Positions 49,301 to 62,369 of a stretch of 64,000 nt of DNA are shown piece after piece (the stretch's first letter is position 1; every line of letters begins with the position of its first letter). Source of the DNA: Macrostomum lignano (Eukaryota); assembly GCA_002269645.1 (NCBI GenBank), contig NIVC01002878.1:68313-132312 (forward strand). Reading direction: 5' to 3'. The notes under the pieces are model-generated. The model ran no database searches and had not been told where the DNA came from. It was given only the letters and a program-made list of their open reading frames with translations. The position numbers and the translations under genes are program-made.

Positions 49301-51063
49301 TGCTCCTGGACACTTCGTCATCTAACCACTTCGTCATCTTGATAACAAAGTGACCATGGTTTTTGGACTCTTCGTCATATCAAAAAATTGTTAGTAAATC
49401 TAGATGACGAAGTGACCAAATTTTGAGGACACTTCGTCATCCCAAGATTTAGCAAGGCTGTAAATTGTTACTCGATTGTTATTGTTATAAATTGTTACTC
49501 AATTAATTTAGTCTGTAAAATATAGGATTAAAATACACACTTAGAGATTCAACTTGTCGCTATAATTGGCATCCAATGTACACAATGTATACACAGTTTG
49601 CATATGCATGCTTTAATGTACAAGTAGTGCTCATTGTAATTTTAGGCATAGTGCAGTTTCGTTTGTGAAATTATTTTTCGTTTAAATTTGAAAGTTCCAA
49701 ACCAGAAAACAATAACAACAATAAAAATTGATGTTTTAAACCATTCTAACAATTGTGGCAGAGACCGTGGCAGCCATCAGGTCGCGCATTTAGCGCATTA
49801 AGAAACTGCACTATTGCCTAATTTTATTCTATGTTTAAACTTGCCAAGCTCTAATAATTATTTTTGCTTCTTTGCTTAATGCCTTAAGCATAAAATTGGC
49901 ATTATCATTTCTACAACCCAGGGAAGGCAACAAAGTATGTGGCCATGGATTTCTCCTTGCTCTACTTGCAGGGACTTAACCAACCCTTGAATCACAACCT
50001 TATAGTACAATCTAAGCTAGAGTGATGTTACTTAATGCAATGGATTTCTCCTTGTTCTACCTGCAGGGAATTAACCAACCTTTCACACACATACAGTCTA
50101 AGCTAGACTGTCTATAAGTGCAACATGCCAATTCTCCAACCAACTAACCTAACCACAATGGTAGATCCAAGAGGGATGCAAGTGCAAAGATGGTCACTTA
50201 ACCCCTCAAGACTGAAGTGGCCAGCATACTCTAACCCAGAATTTTATTATAAATATGGTGTATGAAATCATATATAAGAAGCAAATACATTTAAGAAACA
50301 GCTAGTTTATAAGTGAAAATAGTAGACATCTTACATTTTTGCCAAGAGCCAATTAGCAAAAAACAGCAAGCGCTTCAAAGTTAAGATTTTTTTGTTTTAA
50401 TGCTAATGCTTCTGCCATTAACAGAAGTTAAGATTTTCATTAATGGTGCCTAACACTGGAAGCAGATTAAAGAGATTTTAACTGTCTTTTTTCCAAGCAA
50501 TTTTGAATCTTTTGGCAAATACACGATCAAAATCGGTAAAGAAAATTTGTGAGCTCTAGAGTGTTATGGACATACAAACAAACAAACAAACAAATATTAG
50601 AGATTTAGATAGATTTAGAAAAAAAGGATTGAATTAATTTTGCAATTTTTATGTATAGGTCTTAATGCTATTTTCTTTGTGCTTTGTGAACTTTTTTATC
50701 TTTGTGCCTATATGTAGCTACAAATCACAATATTTATTGACTATCTTTATAGGTTGTGACTCCGCCATTGTCTGGTTCCAAGCCCAGAATATGAAAGGAA
50801 GAGGGCAGCTATATGTAGATATATATACATGTATAATGTTTAATCTTTATCTTTATATTGTTATATAGTTATATAGTTGCATATATGAGTATACATGTTA
50901 CATATAACAAATTTTTCCATACAAAAAGTGGATAACAAAGTGTCCAGGGAGTAGATGACAAAGTTCCACATTAGTAATATGGATGACCAAGTGGTAAGAT
51001 AATGTAGTGTCTAACAATAAGAGTGGATAACAAAGTGGTAAGATGACAAAGTGTCTAGGAACC
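49301..51063. mobile_element. Non-autonomous DNA element with modular TIRs (CACTTCGTCATC repeats), 8-bp TSD; MULE/foldback-like
   Basis: Left TGCTCCTGGACACTTCGTCATCTAACCACTT versus right reverse complement GGTTCCTAGACACTTTGTCATCTTACCACTT. ACCTAGTC lies at 49293-49300 and 51064-51071. Confidence 0.6.
50198..50618 (-). mobile_element. Possible Helitron/HINE-like remnant
   Basis: Minus strand ATCTATCTAAATC..(GTTT)n..ACCGATTTTGAT resembles Helitron-derived 5' ends. The other end is not resolved. Confidence 0.3.
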
Positions 51064-51998
51064 ACCTAGTCAAGTCATTTTGTCATCTGGGTGTCTGGGG
51101 TGCTCACCTCGACTATAGTCACTTGTCATCTTAATTAACATACACTATCTAAAAAGAGTCATTTTGTCATCCACCAATCATATTAGTTCCAAATTCAAGT
51201 GATATAATGTGGCAATAAAACATATTTAAGCCTACTTGGAATCCTATGATCCTAGTAATTTTGTAGCTAGTGATGAGATCTTGTTATCTCAATTGATAAA
51301 ACCTGTCGATCAATTAGTTCTACTTGCCACAGCTTATAGTTATTAAAAAATAGTTTACACTAACTCGAATCACTCATAGATTGATTGGTAATGACAAAGT
51401 ATCTAGCATAACTGAATATTCAGTCACTTTGTCATATTATTTTTCAAGCTACTTTGCTTCTGGTCACTTTGTTATCCGATATAACAAAATAGAATATGAC
51501 AATCTGACCAGTGACTGCTAAAACAGGCCTACCGCCTAATTGCTATAACTTTGGGCTATCTTTCAATTTTCCGCGTTAAATTTTTATGGGATGTGAGCAT
51601 AACAAAAAATGAAAAATACAATATAGGAAGCTAGTCAATTGGTCATTCAATCAATCCACTACAGTGTAGATAGTAAGGGCTAATTTAGTTTATAGTACCT
51701 TATTTCCGTAGGAGGTAAAATTGTAGTTGGTGCTGGTCTTCTAGCTAGCCATGGTAGTAACGCTAGAATGCATAATGCATGTTAAAATAATTTAATGTGG
51801 GAAACCAAAAGAATGCCTAACTTTGTTTAGTTGCATCCAGTTAAGAATTAGGCCTAAGCCTTAGTAGTTAGGCTTTGTAGACCCTTGCCATTTAGGTTAG
51901 CAACTTCAGTCAGATTTTAAAGGCATTTTTAGTGTTTTTTCAATTCTATTTACCAAAACTCATTTCATTTGCCACCTTTGCCTAAAAAAGGAACCTTA

Positions 51999-52429
51999 GG
52001 GCCTATAGAGGTCAGATGGGATCCTTATCTTGATCTCAAAATCTTGGGATCCCAAGGAAAATTGGATTCCCATGGGACTAGAATCCCAACCCTAAAAACA
52101 TGAGAATTGAGAATAGGTCTTTTGATTAAAAATTTATAAAACTAGTGATTACTTAAATGTATTTTGTTTTAACTTGTACTCATTACATTATTACTTTGTT
52201 AGTTACAAAACTTTGCATTGATTTTGTTAAATGTTTTACTTTTTGATCTTGACATTTTTGCTTAATTTTGTTTACTTTTATATGAACCTACAAACTACAA
52301 TACACTAAAAGACCTGATCTAAAAGACCTGACCTATCTGTCCTGACCTGACCTAAAAGACCTTAGAAAAAAATTATTCCCGATCCTAATCTCACCTGAAG
52401 ATTTCAATCCCATTTGACCTCTAAAGGCC
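51999..52429. mobile_element. Possible MITE (~430 bp) with imperfect ~23-bp TIR and TA flanks
   Basis: GGCCTATAGAGGTCAGATGGGAT versus reverse complement GGCCTTTAGAGGTCAAATGGGAT. Confidence 0.45.
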
Positions 52430-52586
52430 TATACCTAAAAAAACTAAAATACTTATCAGCTTGAAACTGGTCAGCTTGGTTAGGTAATGAAAAAATCTGT
52501 CTTTAAGAATCAAAATAATAGCTAGAAGCTAAGGAATAATCCTGCAAAATTGTTTGTTAAATTCTTCTCATTGTTTAACTGATTCT

Positions 52587-53372
52587 GGCTCATTCCATAT
52601 AAGCATGGTCGTAACATGACAGGTTATTTTTACTTATAAAATGAAATCTAATAATAGAATATACTAAACCAATATTTTAAATGAAAGATTATTTTGTCTA
52701 GAATATATATAAAGAGTTTCATATAGATATCATCATTAGTATAGATGCTATTAAACCTTAAATGACACTTATGGTCATAACGACAGGATTTTTGACATTT
52801 AGAAACTAAAAGGTAAAAGTCTTATAACATTTTTCATTTTTGATATTTTGCAATACATTTTTAAAATTTGACTAAGAACATCTTTAGAAATCATACTCTT
52901 TTATTAGAATATATAAACTCAAAAGGCAACAAAGATACAAAAGAAAAGGCAGCCTTATGGTCGTAACATTATGGTCGTAACATATTTTTTTCTGTCAATT
53001 CAGTAACTTTGAGGTACTAATACATTAAAAATATAATAGATTATTTGGTCACCAATGCTTTTATCTGATGATGCAAGTACTATACTTTTATCTATAGTTT
53101 GTTTCAACCTTCAAAAGCTTTCTATTTGTTTTTAAAAGGTACAAAATCTTAATGATGTCTTTTGCTTTGAAAAATGTCCAAATTTTTACAAAAATGACTT
53201 TTTGCCAATTGATAACATACTAATCCAACATTTTACCATTCCTTTATTCTTAGATTGTATATATTGCACAATATAAACATTTGGTAAAAAAATAGGCTAA
53301 TTAGGCAATGGCAAGCAAAAATATTGACTTTTTTCTATTTTCCAAATATGTCCATCTTATATGGAATGAGCC
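52587..53372. mobile_element. MITE (786 bp), inverted sister of 46533-47320
   Basis: Same 17-bp TIR, TSD TTCT/TTCT, internal sequence is the reverse complement of the first copy with scattered mismatches. Confidence 0.85.
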
Positions 53373-55133
53373 TTCTTAATGTTTGAAAAATCCAATAAAG
53401 CATATTAAACAAATATCAGCTAACTGCCTAGTGTTTTAATTATATGCATAGCAGCTGTCCACCATGTGTTTTAATTGTATGCGTAGACATAATAATTGTT
53501 GCATCTTTTAAATATTAAAAAATAATATAGATTGTCTATATAGGCCCTATGTATTATATAACTAATATAACAGGCCTTGCATGAGATGCTAGAGACAAAA
53601 GTGACTATAGTTTCGGAACAAAGCAATTTTTGTATTTAAATAATCATCTTCTATAATTGAAATAGTATATTTTATATGAGATGCTCATTTATAAAAAGAT
53701 ATGGTTCTATAACTGCTTGAAATTAGCAAAATTGACTAGAAATGCTATAGTTTTGGAACACTATCATTTTAATGCAATTTTTGTAATTAAATGATTCTCA
53801 TCCAAAATGGATATAATACATAAGGTATTAAGATATATAAGTGCTAAAAGGGTTATTTGTTACATAAAGTCAATCTCTGGAAATCACTTCAAATGGAACA
53901 AACTTATGGTAGGCCTGAGTTAATTTTAAGACTCAAAGTTTTGTATAATTGTATCAAAATAGTTAAAGATTGTTTGTGTCAAATTCTAAGAAGGTTAGTT
54001 AAACTAAAGTGGTGCTATAGAAAATTTAGTGAAAAATTCACAGTTTTTCTAGGTAAGAAGACTTAGATTTAGAAAATTTTAAGGTAGTTTAAGTCATTCT
54101 CAATAATAAGTTTAGGATAGATGCAAAATTTGGTATAATATAGTTGAGCAGTTTGGAAGTACATAGCAAATAAATTTATACATAGATATATACAAATAGT
54201 ATTCATTTTTATTGGTAGAATAGAGATTATACAAATAAAAGCATATTTTTTATTTATAAACTCCCATAAATTTAAATTTATCCATTGTCATTGTTTCTTT
54301 TTATGCTGCATTCATAGATGGCCTGCTATCCCTCTCTAGTCCATTATGGGCATTATCCCAAGGGTATAGTGGCCTAAGTCTGGCATAAATGATAAAAGTT
54401 CATCAATTTTCTTGATGAATTGTATATTCATTGTATATTAAATTGTATATTATGGATATGGCTATTTTGTTTATAAGCTCTAATATTATTTTAGATATGC
54501 TAGGCACTATTACAGATATACTAATAGCTGCCATTTCTATAAGTTTGTGCATTCTAGACATGATTGCCATATCTAAGTGTGTTATTTGTTTTATATAAAA
54601 GGATTATTTGGTAGGCTTCCCTAAGAATGCAGTTAGAAATTAGATCAAGTTTGGTCTCTATTGAGGTTACTGTATCAACTTAGTTATCTCAATGGAGACC
54701 CTATTTGAATCTACATTGTGGCTAATATAATATACTTTTTTCATTTCTTAACTAATCTATTGTTTTAGATATACTTGAAAGTTTAACAAAAGTATCACTT
54801 TTTACTTTTAAAACAGGTTAGTTTGTTGGCCCCATAAATTAAGTTGATTAAATTTTGTTTTAAAAGCCTTAACTTTGAAATAAAAAAGTTAAGATCACTA
54901 TTTTTTCAGGCTAGGAAAAAATTAGTTAGAAAATATATGCATAAAAGCCATCTAAAAACTTTAAAAGTACACATTTTACTTGGATACAAGCTAAATAGTA
55001 AATTGTATTTCATTATCAAAGATACGCTACAACATAGAACTTTTCTTTTTGATGTGAATTTGCAAACAAAGACGTTAGATCATTTCAAGGAATTCATTGG
55101 TTTTGCTTACAAAGGAAGACAGTACAAGACTTG

Positions 55134-58100
55134 ATGGCAATGGTCAATCTACTTGGCCTAGCCCTGCTTTTAATTGCAACTGCTACTGCTGCTGATCCAT
55201 GCCCTAAAAGCAGGGGTTGGCTTTCAGTTGGTAGCACTGGAGATTGTGTATTTCTATCTGACAGCTTCTTGGGAAGCTACAGACAGGCTGAGGCAAAATG
55301 TCGCAGTCTTGGCGATAACAAAGATTTCCATCTGACATTCCTGCGAGATACTTTGTTTGTCGAACAACTGGAAGCAGCACTGAATTCTCAGTTAAATGTT
55401 ACCAACATCAACAGCACTTACTGGATTGCAGCGCATCGAAACCTGGTTAATAATCGGGTAATCTGGCTTAACGATACTTATATCGATGGAAGTCTGTCTC
55501 CACTAAGACTAGTCTTTGACCCTTCGCCTACTGATGCTAAAGGTTTCGGCTATCTAATACTGCAAGAATCCATTGAGGGGAAAGCACCACTAACAGTAGT
55601 AGCAACAGTAGCACACCAACACGTGCTAGCCTACAGATGAGATTCGATAAATCCGAGTCCACTCCAAGACGCGCACTTTGCGCCCGACAGGCTGTGAATC
55701 CGGCAGTTCCCAGCTCCAATTTGCAAATTACAGGCGGTTACTGTCCTAAAATTGCTGGCAAAACTAAGGCAACTGTGCATTATATCTCTGATCGTTGCTA
55801 CGCTGTTGTTCCCGGAATCGCTGATGATGCATGCGCTAGTCTTGGCTCAAATTATCTCCCAGCAATGCTGAATGATTGGACTGCTCAACAGGTTGCTACA
55901 GTGTTGGCTGATAAGCATCCACTGGTTTTTGGTTTACGCTTCGTGCCTGGTCGAGGTTATTTGTGGCACAATCAGTCTGAGAAGGCTTCTGTTCTGCTCA
56001 CTGCATGGTCAGCCAATCAGCCTGCGACTGACAAGGCTTGCGTTGCTATTGGCAACGGTACAGCTACATGGCGCAGTCTGGATTGCAATGCAAATTCCGC
56101 TAGTTTATACAGCCTCTGTCATACGCCTGCCAGTGTTGATGCTAGTAACCCGTTCGATTCGAAGTTGACCAACTTTCTTAATAGTGGCGTCAGTTGTCTG
56201 CCTGGATTTGTTAATTTTGATTCTTCTTGCTACTACCTTGGCGATACCCCAATTGCTGGTAATTCTTCAATAACCGACTGGTGCTCGGAAAAGTACAATG
56301 CTAGCGCTGTTTGGTTTGATAGACCAGCTCAGCTAGCTTTAGTATCGTTGCTTGGACTGCAGCCAAATCGTTATTACGCTATTGATAAACCTGTTTCATT
56401 TGATGCAGGTTGGCTGTCTCTACCAGATAGCCTGCCACAGGCTAATGGCTCCTGTCTAGCCTTTTCAACAGGTACTGGCGGCTTGATTAACCAAAATAGC
56501 AGTGCTCAGTGCGCCAATCTTTTACCCGCTTGTCGCTATCCAAAGCCTCAGTCGGAAACGAGGGCTATTAGTCATTCTCCAACTGCGGCTACAACTGCCA
56601 TTGTAGAGACAACATGTCCGCGGGGTTTTATCTTAGCCGACAATAAATGTCTAGCAACAAGTTCGAACTATTCCGATTGGCACAACGCCAACATCGCCTG
56701 CCAAGGATTATTTCCATCAGCTTTTGTTGCTAGCTTACACTCGAGCATTAAGGCCTCCGTTGTCGCAAAGTTGCTACCCACTTCAAACACTTATGGAGCC
56801 TGGCTTGGTCTCAGCATTCGTCGTTCGTCTGGGCTTCTCTATCCGACGTGGACCGATTCTACTCAGTTTGATTATTATCCACCGCATTCAGCTAATAGCA
56901 TTAAGATACAATCATCCTTTCAATGCGCCTACGTTTTATCTGACAGTAGTAAAGGCTTTATATGGCATCTGACAAATGACTGCAACGCTGCAAAGAGGCT
57001 TGTACTATGTCAGGCTGCGCCAAATGTTACTAATAAATACTCGACTCCGGTTCAATCGACTCTATCCGCTGCCATGACAACTATGCCACCCGTGAAAACC
57101 GCCACGCCAAAAGTTCTTAGTTTTGCTGAATCATGCCAGAGCATTAATGGTCAGAGACTATCGGACGATGGTAGACGGTGTTACTCGTATCGGGTGCTAA
57201 CTAACAAAACTTATAACTGGTTTGAAGCTTTTGCTGCCTGTCAAAAAATCGACTCAAGCAATGCTAGCAATTTGGCTTCTATCGAATCGGAGTCTGAGAA
57301 CAACTTTGTTAGAAAGTTGCATCTAGCCCATGGTTTAGTTTGGCTTGGCTTGAACGAAGCTTACGAGCAAGTTCCAGATAAATTGACAACTTGGTCAGAT
57401 GGTACTCCGGTTCAGTACGTTAACTTTGACAATAGCAAACCAGATCTTTACGGTCAGTGCGGCGCGATGATGACGCAACTTATAAAGAGTTCAGAATATT
57501 CGTCATCTAAGAATCTATTACGCTCGGGACTTTGGTATGATCGAGATTGTGGAGAGTCTTTGTCGGTAGTGTGTAAAACTTTAGTGTCAAAGTTGCCCGA
57601 TCAGGATGCTTCTACTTCTCAGCCGTCGACTGGTAATAGTTCGAAGGTTGAGCGTTACTGTCCAGCAGACTGGCTAGCAACTCCAGATAACACCGCTTGT
57701 TATCGCCTGCTACCTAAGCCGGCTAGATTTGCCGATGCTCGCTCCAGCTGTCAGAGTCTGGACGGCGATTTAGCGTCCTATCAGACTTCTGGTCAGCACG
57801 ATTTTCTAGTTAGCCTAGTTGCTAGCCTAGGTAGAAGAGCCGGCTTAGTCTGGCTTGGTTTGCAATGGGCCGGTAGCGCCTTTAATTGGCTGGACGGTTC
57901 CAAGGTGAACTTTCTGGTGTGGCCTCACGCGCCATCTATACCGTCAACGCATTGTTTAGCTACTAGATACCATCCATTGCTAAGCAAATCTGGCTATCAT
58001 TTAGCCGAGCTGTGCAGCTTGCCTTTGCCGGCTCTGTGCCGTAGGCCGCTTACTGTGATACCGCCGTCTTCTCCGCAGCCTAAGATATGCAAGGATGGCT

Positions 58101-60446
58101 ATGTAGCCTTCAATGGAACTTGGTGTTATAGATTTCACAGTGCGGCGGCAGATTTTGAAACTGCTCAAACTAATTGTAAAAATGATAGCGCTGAACTACT
58201 TTGGTTGGAGGCGTCGTCTGAGGTGAGCCTAATTAACTTAACTTTATGGAATAGATTCCGTGCTCGGTCAAATTCATCTGGTGCTTGTATGCACGAAAAT
58301 CCGTCATCTGTGATCCCAGAGTCGTTGCAGATTACGCAGGTAAACTTGGAAGGAATGACTCTAAACTACTCTAAAACGACGAGATGTCATGGTATGGTAC
58401 AAGCCGCCAAAAAGTCAAAGAGTTGCTTAAGAATCACTTTAAAGTGTTTTATTGCCTGCAAATCTGAAACGGCTTTAGGGCGACGCAGGTGATTTGCCCC
58501 CGTAAAGTGGTATTTAAGGCGATGCCACAGTCTGTAGAGTCGTTAGTTTGTGTTTGAAGCGCATTAGCATTGGTTGATGAATTAGAGTCGCATCTCTAGC
58601 GAAAGCTAGGCGCCAACACAACGATTCTTGGTCGACTCTTTCGCGACTCTACGATTCTACCACTGACGTGACGCGCTTTTGACGCAACAGTTGCCTCTCC
58701 GTCGCATTAGATGGATTCTAGTCTTTAAAAATTCACGAGTTGCCCCAGAGGCGATAGTCACTAGTGAGTTGTTGGCAATGACTCTAGCGATTCTTTTCAG
58801 AGTTGATGCTTTTTTGCTTTAGACAATAGCGACTGTAGAAGTTCAAATGCTACATTTAGTTTATTGTAAACATTCTTATTCCTCTCTTTGTTGCCTGCCT
58901 CCCCAACGGGGGTGCAGATTGCTAGTCCAATATACTAAAATCTACGACTAAGGGTCAATACCCTATTACCCTTCAATCCTAGCTATGAGTGCAAATATTT
59001 CAATAACGTACAGTCGACATTTAATAACAACAACAAACATTTTCAGGTACATTTTATTCGCAGTTTGGCTTCATCAATCAGTAACCCGCCGCCCAGCGAT
59101 ATTTGGCTAAATTTGCGTTCCAACACTGAACAGATTACTGGCTTGAATTGGGCTACTGCTAGTAGTAGTGATAGCGACAAATTCAATCCTGTTCGATTCG
59201 ACTATGTACTGCCAGAATTTCGTCATTACAACTTGGACAAACTGTCTGGTTGCTATGGTTACCGACTGTACAACAGGGCCACTCCGTCGGTCATGGGTTT
59301 GAATAGAATCAGCGGCGGTCCAGCCGAGGACTGCGGCAAGCCGAAACCATTCGTTTGTAAGGCTGCCGCTATTGCTGATTTGGCATCGCCAGACTCTGAT
59401 ACTAATCATAATAAAAACATCGGTTGCTATGGCGTTGCTAAGCGCTATTCCGGCTACGCTAGTCGATCTATAGACGGTCGAGAATGCGTTCGATGGGATT
59501 TAGTTAGATTGATCTACGAGCAGACCGATGTTTATCGATTTTACAATAATACCAATGACTCGAATACGGCTATGCACCTGCTGCCGATAGGATCTCCGTT
59601 TGCTAGCGAGGTGGTGGATATTGAGACCGACAATAGTCAGGTTAGTTATGTGATGTCTGATAAAATAAGATTGAAATATAAAACTACTTAGCTGACGAGG
59701 CATTGTAGTTAATAAATAAGTTTATGGTTACTCCTGCTGTTTACCCAAATTTCCAAAATATAAATATTTACTTTATTGTTGTTTATGTATTTTGGGCCTC
59801 TGCTGTATGTATGCCATCCCGGTTTATTATTTTGTATAAACTAGTCAATGTAGTAATGTACATATCTTATGTGCCGATATGTATCGAAAAATAACTTCAT
59901 GCATCGGTCTGTTTTCTATACTGTAGCTATCTCCGTCTGCCGATATGTATCGTAAGTAATATTTTTTTAACCTCACCCAAGGAAACCCTTGGCGAAGCGG
60001 CTAATTTCTGTCGCTCACCGCCAACATCTGTCACCGGCGGCGTCAACGGCTTGGCTCTGGGCGTCGGTCGGCCGGTCTGTTTCGCGCGTCACAACCTACC
60101 TGGCAACAAAAACTACACATTAAAACTGGAATTCTGTCCGGTACCGTTGTGTCCGGGTGAATCTGAGGCCAACTCGGACCGACATGCCGAGCCAGACAGC
60201 CACCAGCATAGCGGCGGCGTCAGCATCGGTGTCCTGACTGTCATCGTGCTTGTCTGCGCGCTAGGCGTTGCCGGCGTTGGCGTTCTGGGCTTCTGCATCT
60301 GGAAGCGCGGCCGCTGGGCTGCCGGTTACCGACCGCAGTTGAATCTCGACGCCGGCTCTGGCGGCGGCGGCGTCTTTGGCGGCGTGAGCATCGGCGGCGG
60401 TGGCACCTCGTTTCATAATCCGATTTATATGCCCGCTAACTGTTGA
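55134..60446 (+). CDS. Mannose-receptor-like type I membrane protein: signal peptide, 7 C-type lectin domains, kringle, TM, FHNPIY tail (exons 55134-58222 with 1-bp frameshift near 55577, 59047-59640, 59982-60446)
   Basis: Repeated CPxGW..CY..A...C..WLGL...W.DG...C units. The splice GAG|gtgagc..ttcag|GTA gives LLWLEASSE|VHFIRSL. Six-Cys kringle pattern CY..Y.G..S..G.EC..W...NFCRSP..PVCF..EFCPVPLC, then a hydrophobic TM. Confidence 0.85.
58895..58940 (+). mobile_element. Isolated Helitron 3'-5' junction remnant
   Basis: CTCCCCAACGGGGGTGCAGATTGCTAG|TCCAATATACTAAAA matches both termini of the Helitrons at 19541-25199. Confidence 0.65.
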
Positions 60447-60499
60447 CTGGATGCTGGGCTTGGTTGAGGCTGGCATTGTTGGGTCAATTTTGGGGTCTG

Positions 60500-61885
60500 G
60501 CACATTGATATCTGAACAGTCTGACACTTTGATATCTGAACAGTCTGACACTTTGATATCTGAACAGTCTGACACTTTGATATCTAAACAGTCTGACACT
60601 TTGATATCTAAACAATCTGACACTTTGATATCTAAACAGTCTGACACTTTGATATCTAAACAGTCTGACACTTTGATATCTAAACAGTCTGACACTTTGA
60701 TATCTAAACAGTCTGACACTTTGATATCTAAACAGTCTGACACTTTGATATCTAAACAGTCTGACACTTTGATATCTAAACAGTCTGACACTTTGATATC
60801 TAAACAGTCTGACACTTTGATATCTAAACAATCTGACACTTTGATATCTAAACAGTCTGACACTTTGATATCTAAACAGTCTGACACTTTGATATCTGAA
60901 CAGTCTGACACTTTGATATCTAAACAATCTGACACTTTGATATCTAAACAGTCTGACACTTTGATATCTAAACAGTCTGACACTTTGATATCTAAACAGT
61001 CTGACACTTTGATATCTAAACAGTCTGACACTTTGATATCTGAACAGTCTGACACTTTGATATCTAAACAGCCTGTCACTTTGATGTATATCTTGTCTGA
61101 CACTTTGATGTCTATATAGTCTGACACGTTGATATCTATGCAGTCTGACACATTGTGATCTATATAGCCTGACACATTAATATCCATATAGTCCGACACA
61201 TAGATGTCTATATAGTCGGACAGACATAGTCTGACTTTGATGTCTGTATAGTTTAACACATTTTGATCTATATAGTCTTGACACATTGTGATTTATATAG
61301 TCTGACACATTGTTGTCTATATAGTCTGACACATTGATATCTATATAGTCTGACACTTTGATATCTATACAGTCTGACACATTGTTGTCTATATAGTCTG
61401 ACGCATTGATATATATATATATATATATATATAGTCTGACACATTGGTATCTCTATTGTCTGACACATTAGTATCTAAATAGTCTGACACATTGTTGTCT
61501 ATATAGTCTGACACATTGATATCTATATAGTCTGACACTTTGATATCTATACAGTCTGACACATTGTTGTCTATAAAGTCTGACGCATTGATATATATAT
61601 ATATATAGTCTGACACATTGGTATCTCTATTGTCTGACACATTAGTATCTAAATAGTCTGACACATTGTTGTCTATATAGTCTGACACATTGATATCTAT
61701 ATAGTCTGACACTTTGATATCTATACAGTCTGACACATTGTTGTCTATATAGTCTGACGCATTGATATATATATATATAGTCTGACACATTGGTATCTCT
61801 ATTGTCTGACACATTAGTATCTAAATAGTCTGGCACATTGTTGTCTATATAGTCTGACGCATTGTTGTCTATATAGTCTGACTCG
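60500..61885. repeat. 24-bp minisatellite TCTGACACTTTGATATCTAAACAG grading into a higher-order repeat with (TA)n
   Basis: Begins ~55 bp after the lectin stop codon. The right part is repeated ~165-bp blocks. Confidence 0.95.
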
Positions 61886-62369
61886 AAAATGCTTCTAGGA
61901 TGATTAATTAATACCGCTTGTTATACTTAACACCATACCCTTTTTAACTTTAGTAAGTCCTCTTTTTCCTTTAAGTGAAGCAGCCCCGAATTTCACAGCT
62001 GAGAAATGTATAATCAGCTGACACAAACTCTTTCGCCATAATTTTGTTTTGCACAATACTGACTGACACACGCAGAAGCATTATATCTGGATTTTTATTC
62101 TAATTAATTAGCTATTTATGTGCCGTATATCACTTGTAACAAGTTGTAAAATTACCTTCAACAGATTTCATAATTTAGCTTTTTTCTACGTATGTTATTC
62201 CTTTATAGTTAAACTATCGTTAAAACAACCCGTTTTACAGTTGCTAGGAACTTGAGCTTGTACTGTTTTTGCTTTTTTGTTACGCTAACGAGTTAGACTT
62301 GTGTTAATATTAGTTGGATTTTAATTGCAAAAGGTATTTTGGCTACTTTATCACTTCACAGGGAGTGTC

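Noticed and set aside
55570-55585. Programmed -1 ribosomal frameshift
   Set aside because: No in-frame X XXY YYZ heptamer (G GGG AAA is non-canonical) and no obvious downstream structure.
58223-58492. C-terminal 90 aa of the 951-aa ORF
   Set aside because: Read-through into the intron. The GAG|gtgagc splice to 59047 restores the lectin fold.
60261-61286. 341-aa DCLDIKVS-repeat ORF
   Set aside because: Stop-free frame of a 24-bp array running antisense into the lectin's last exon.
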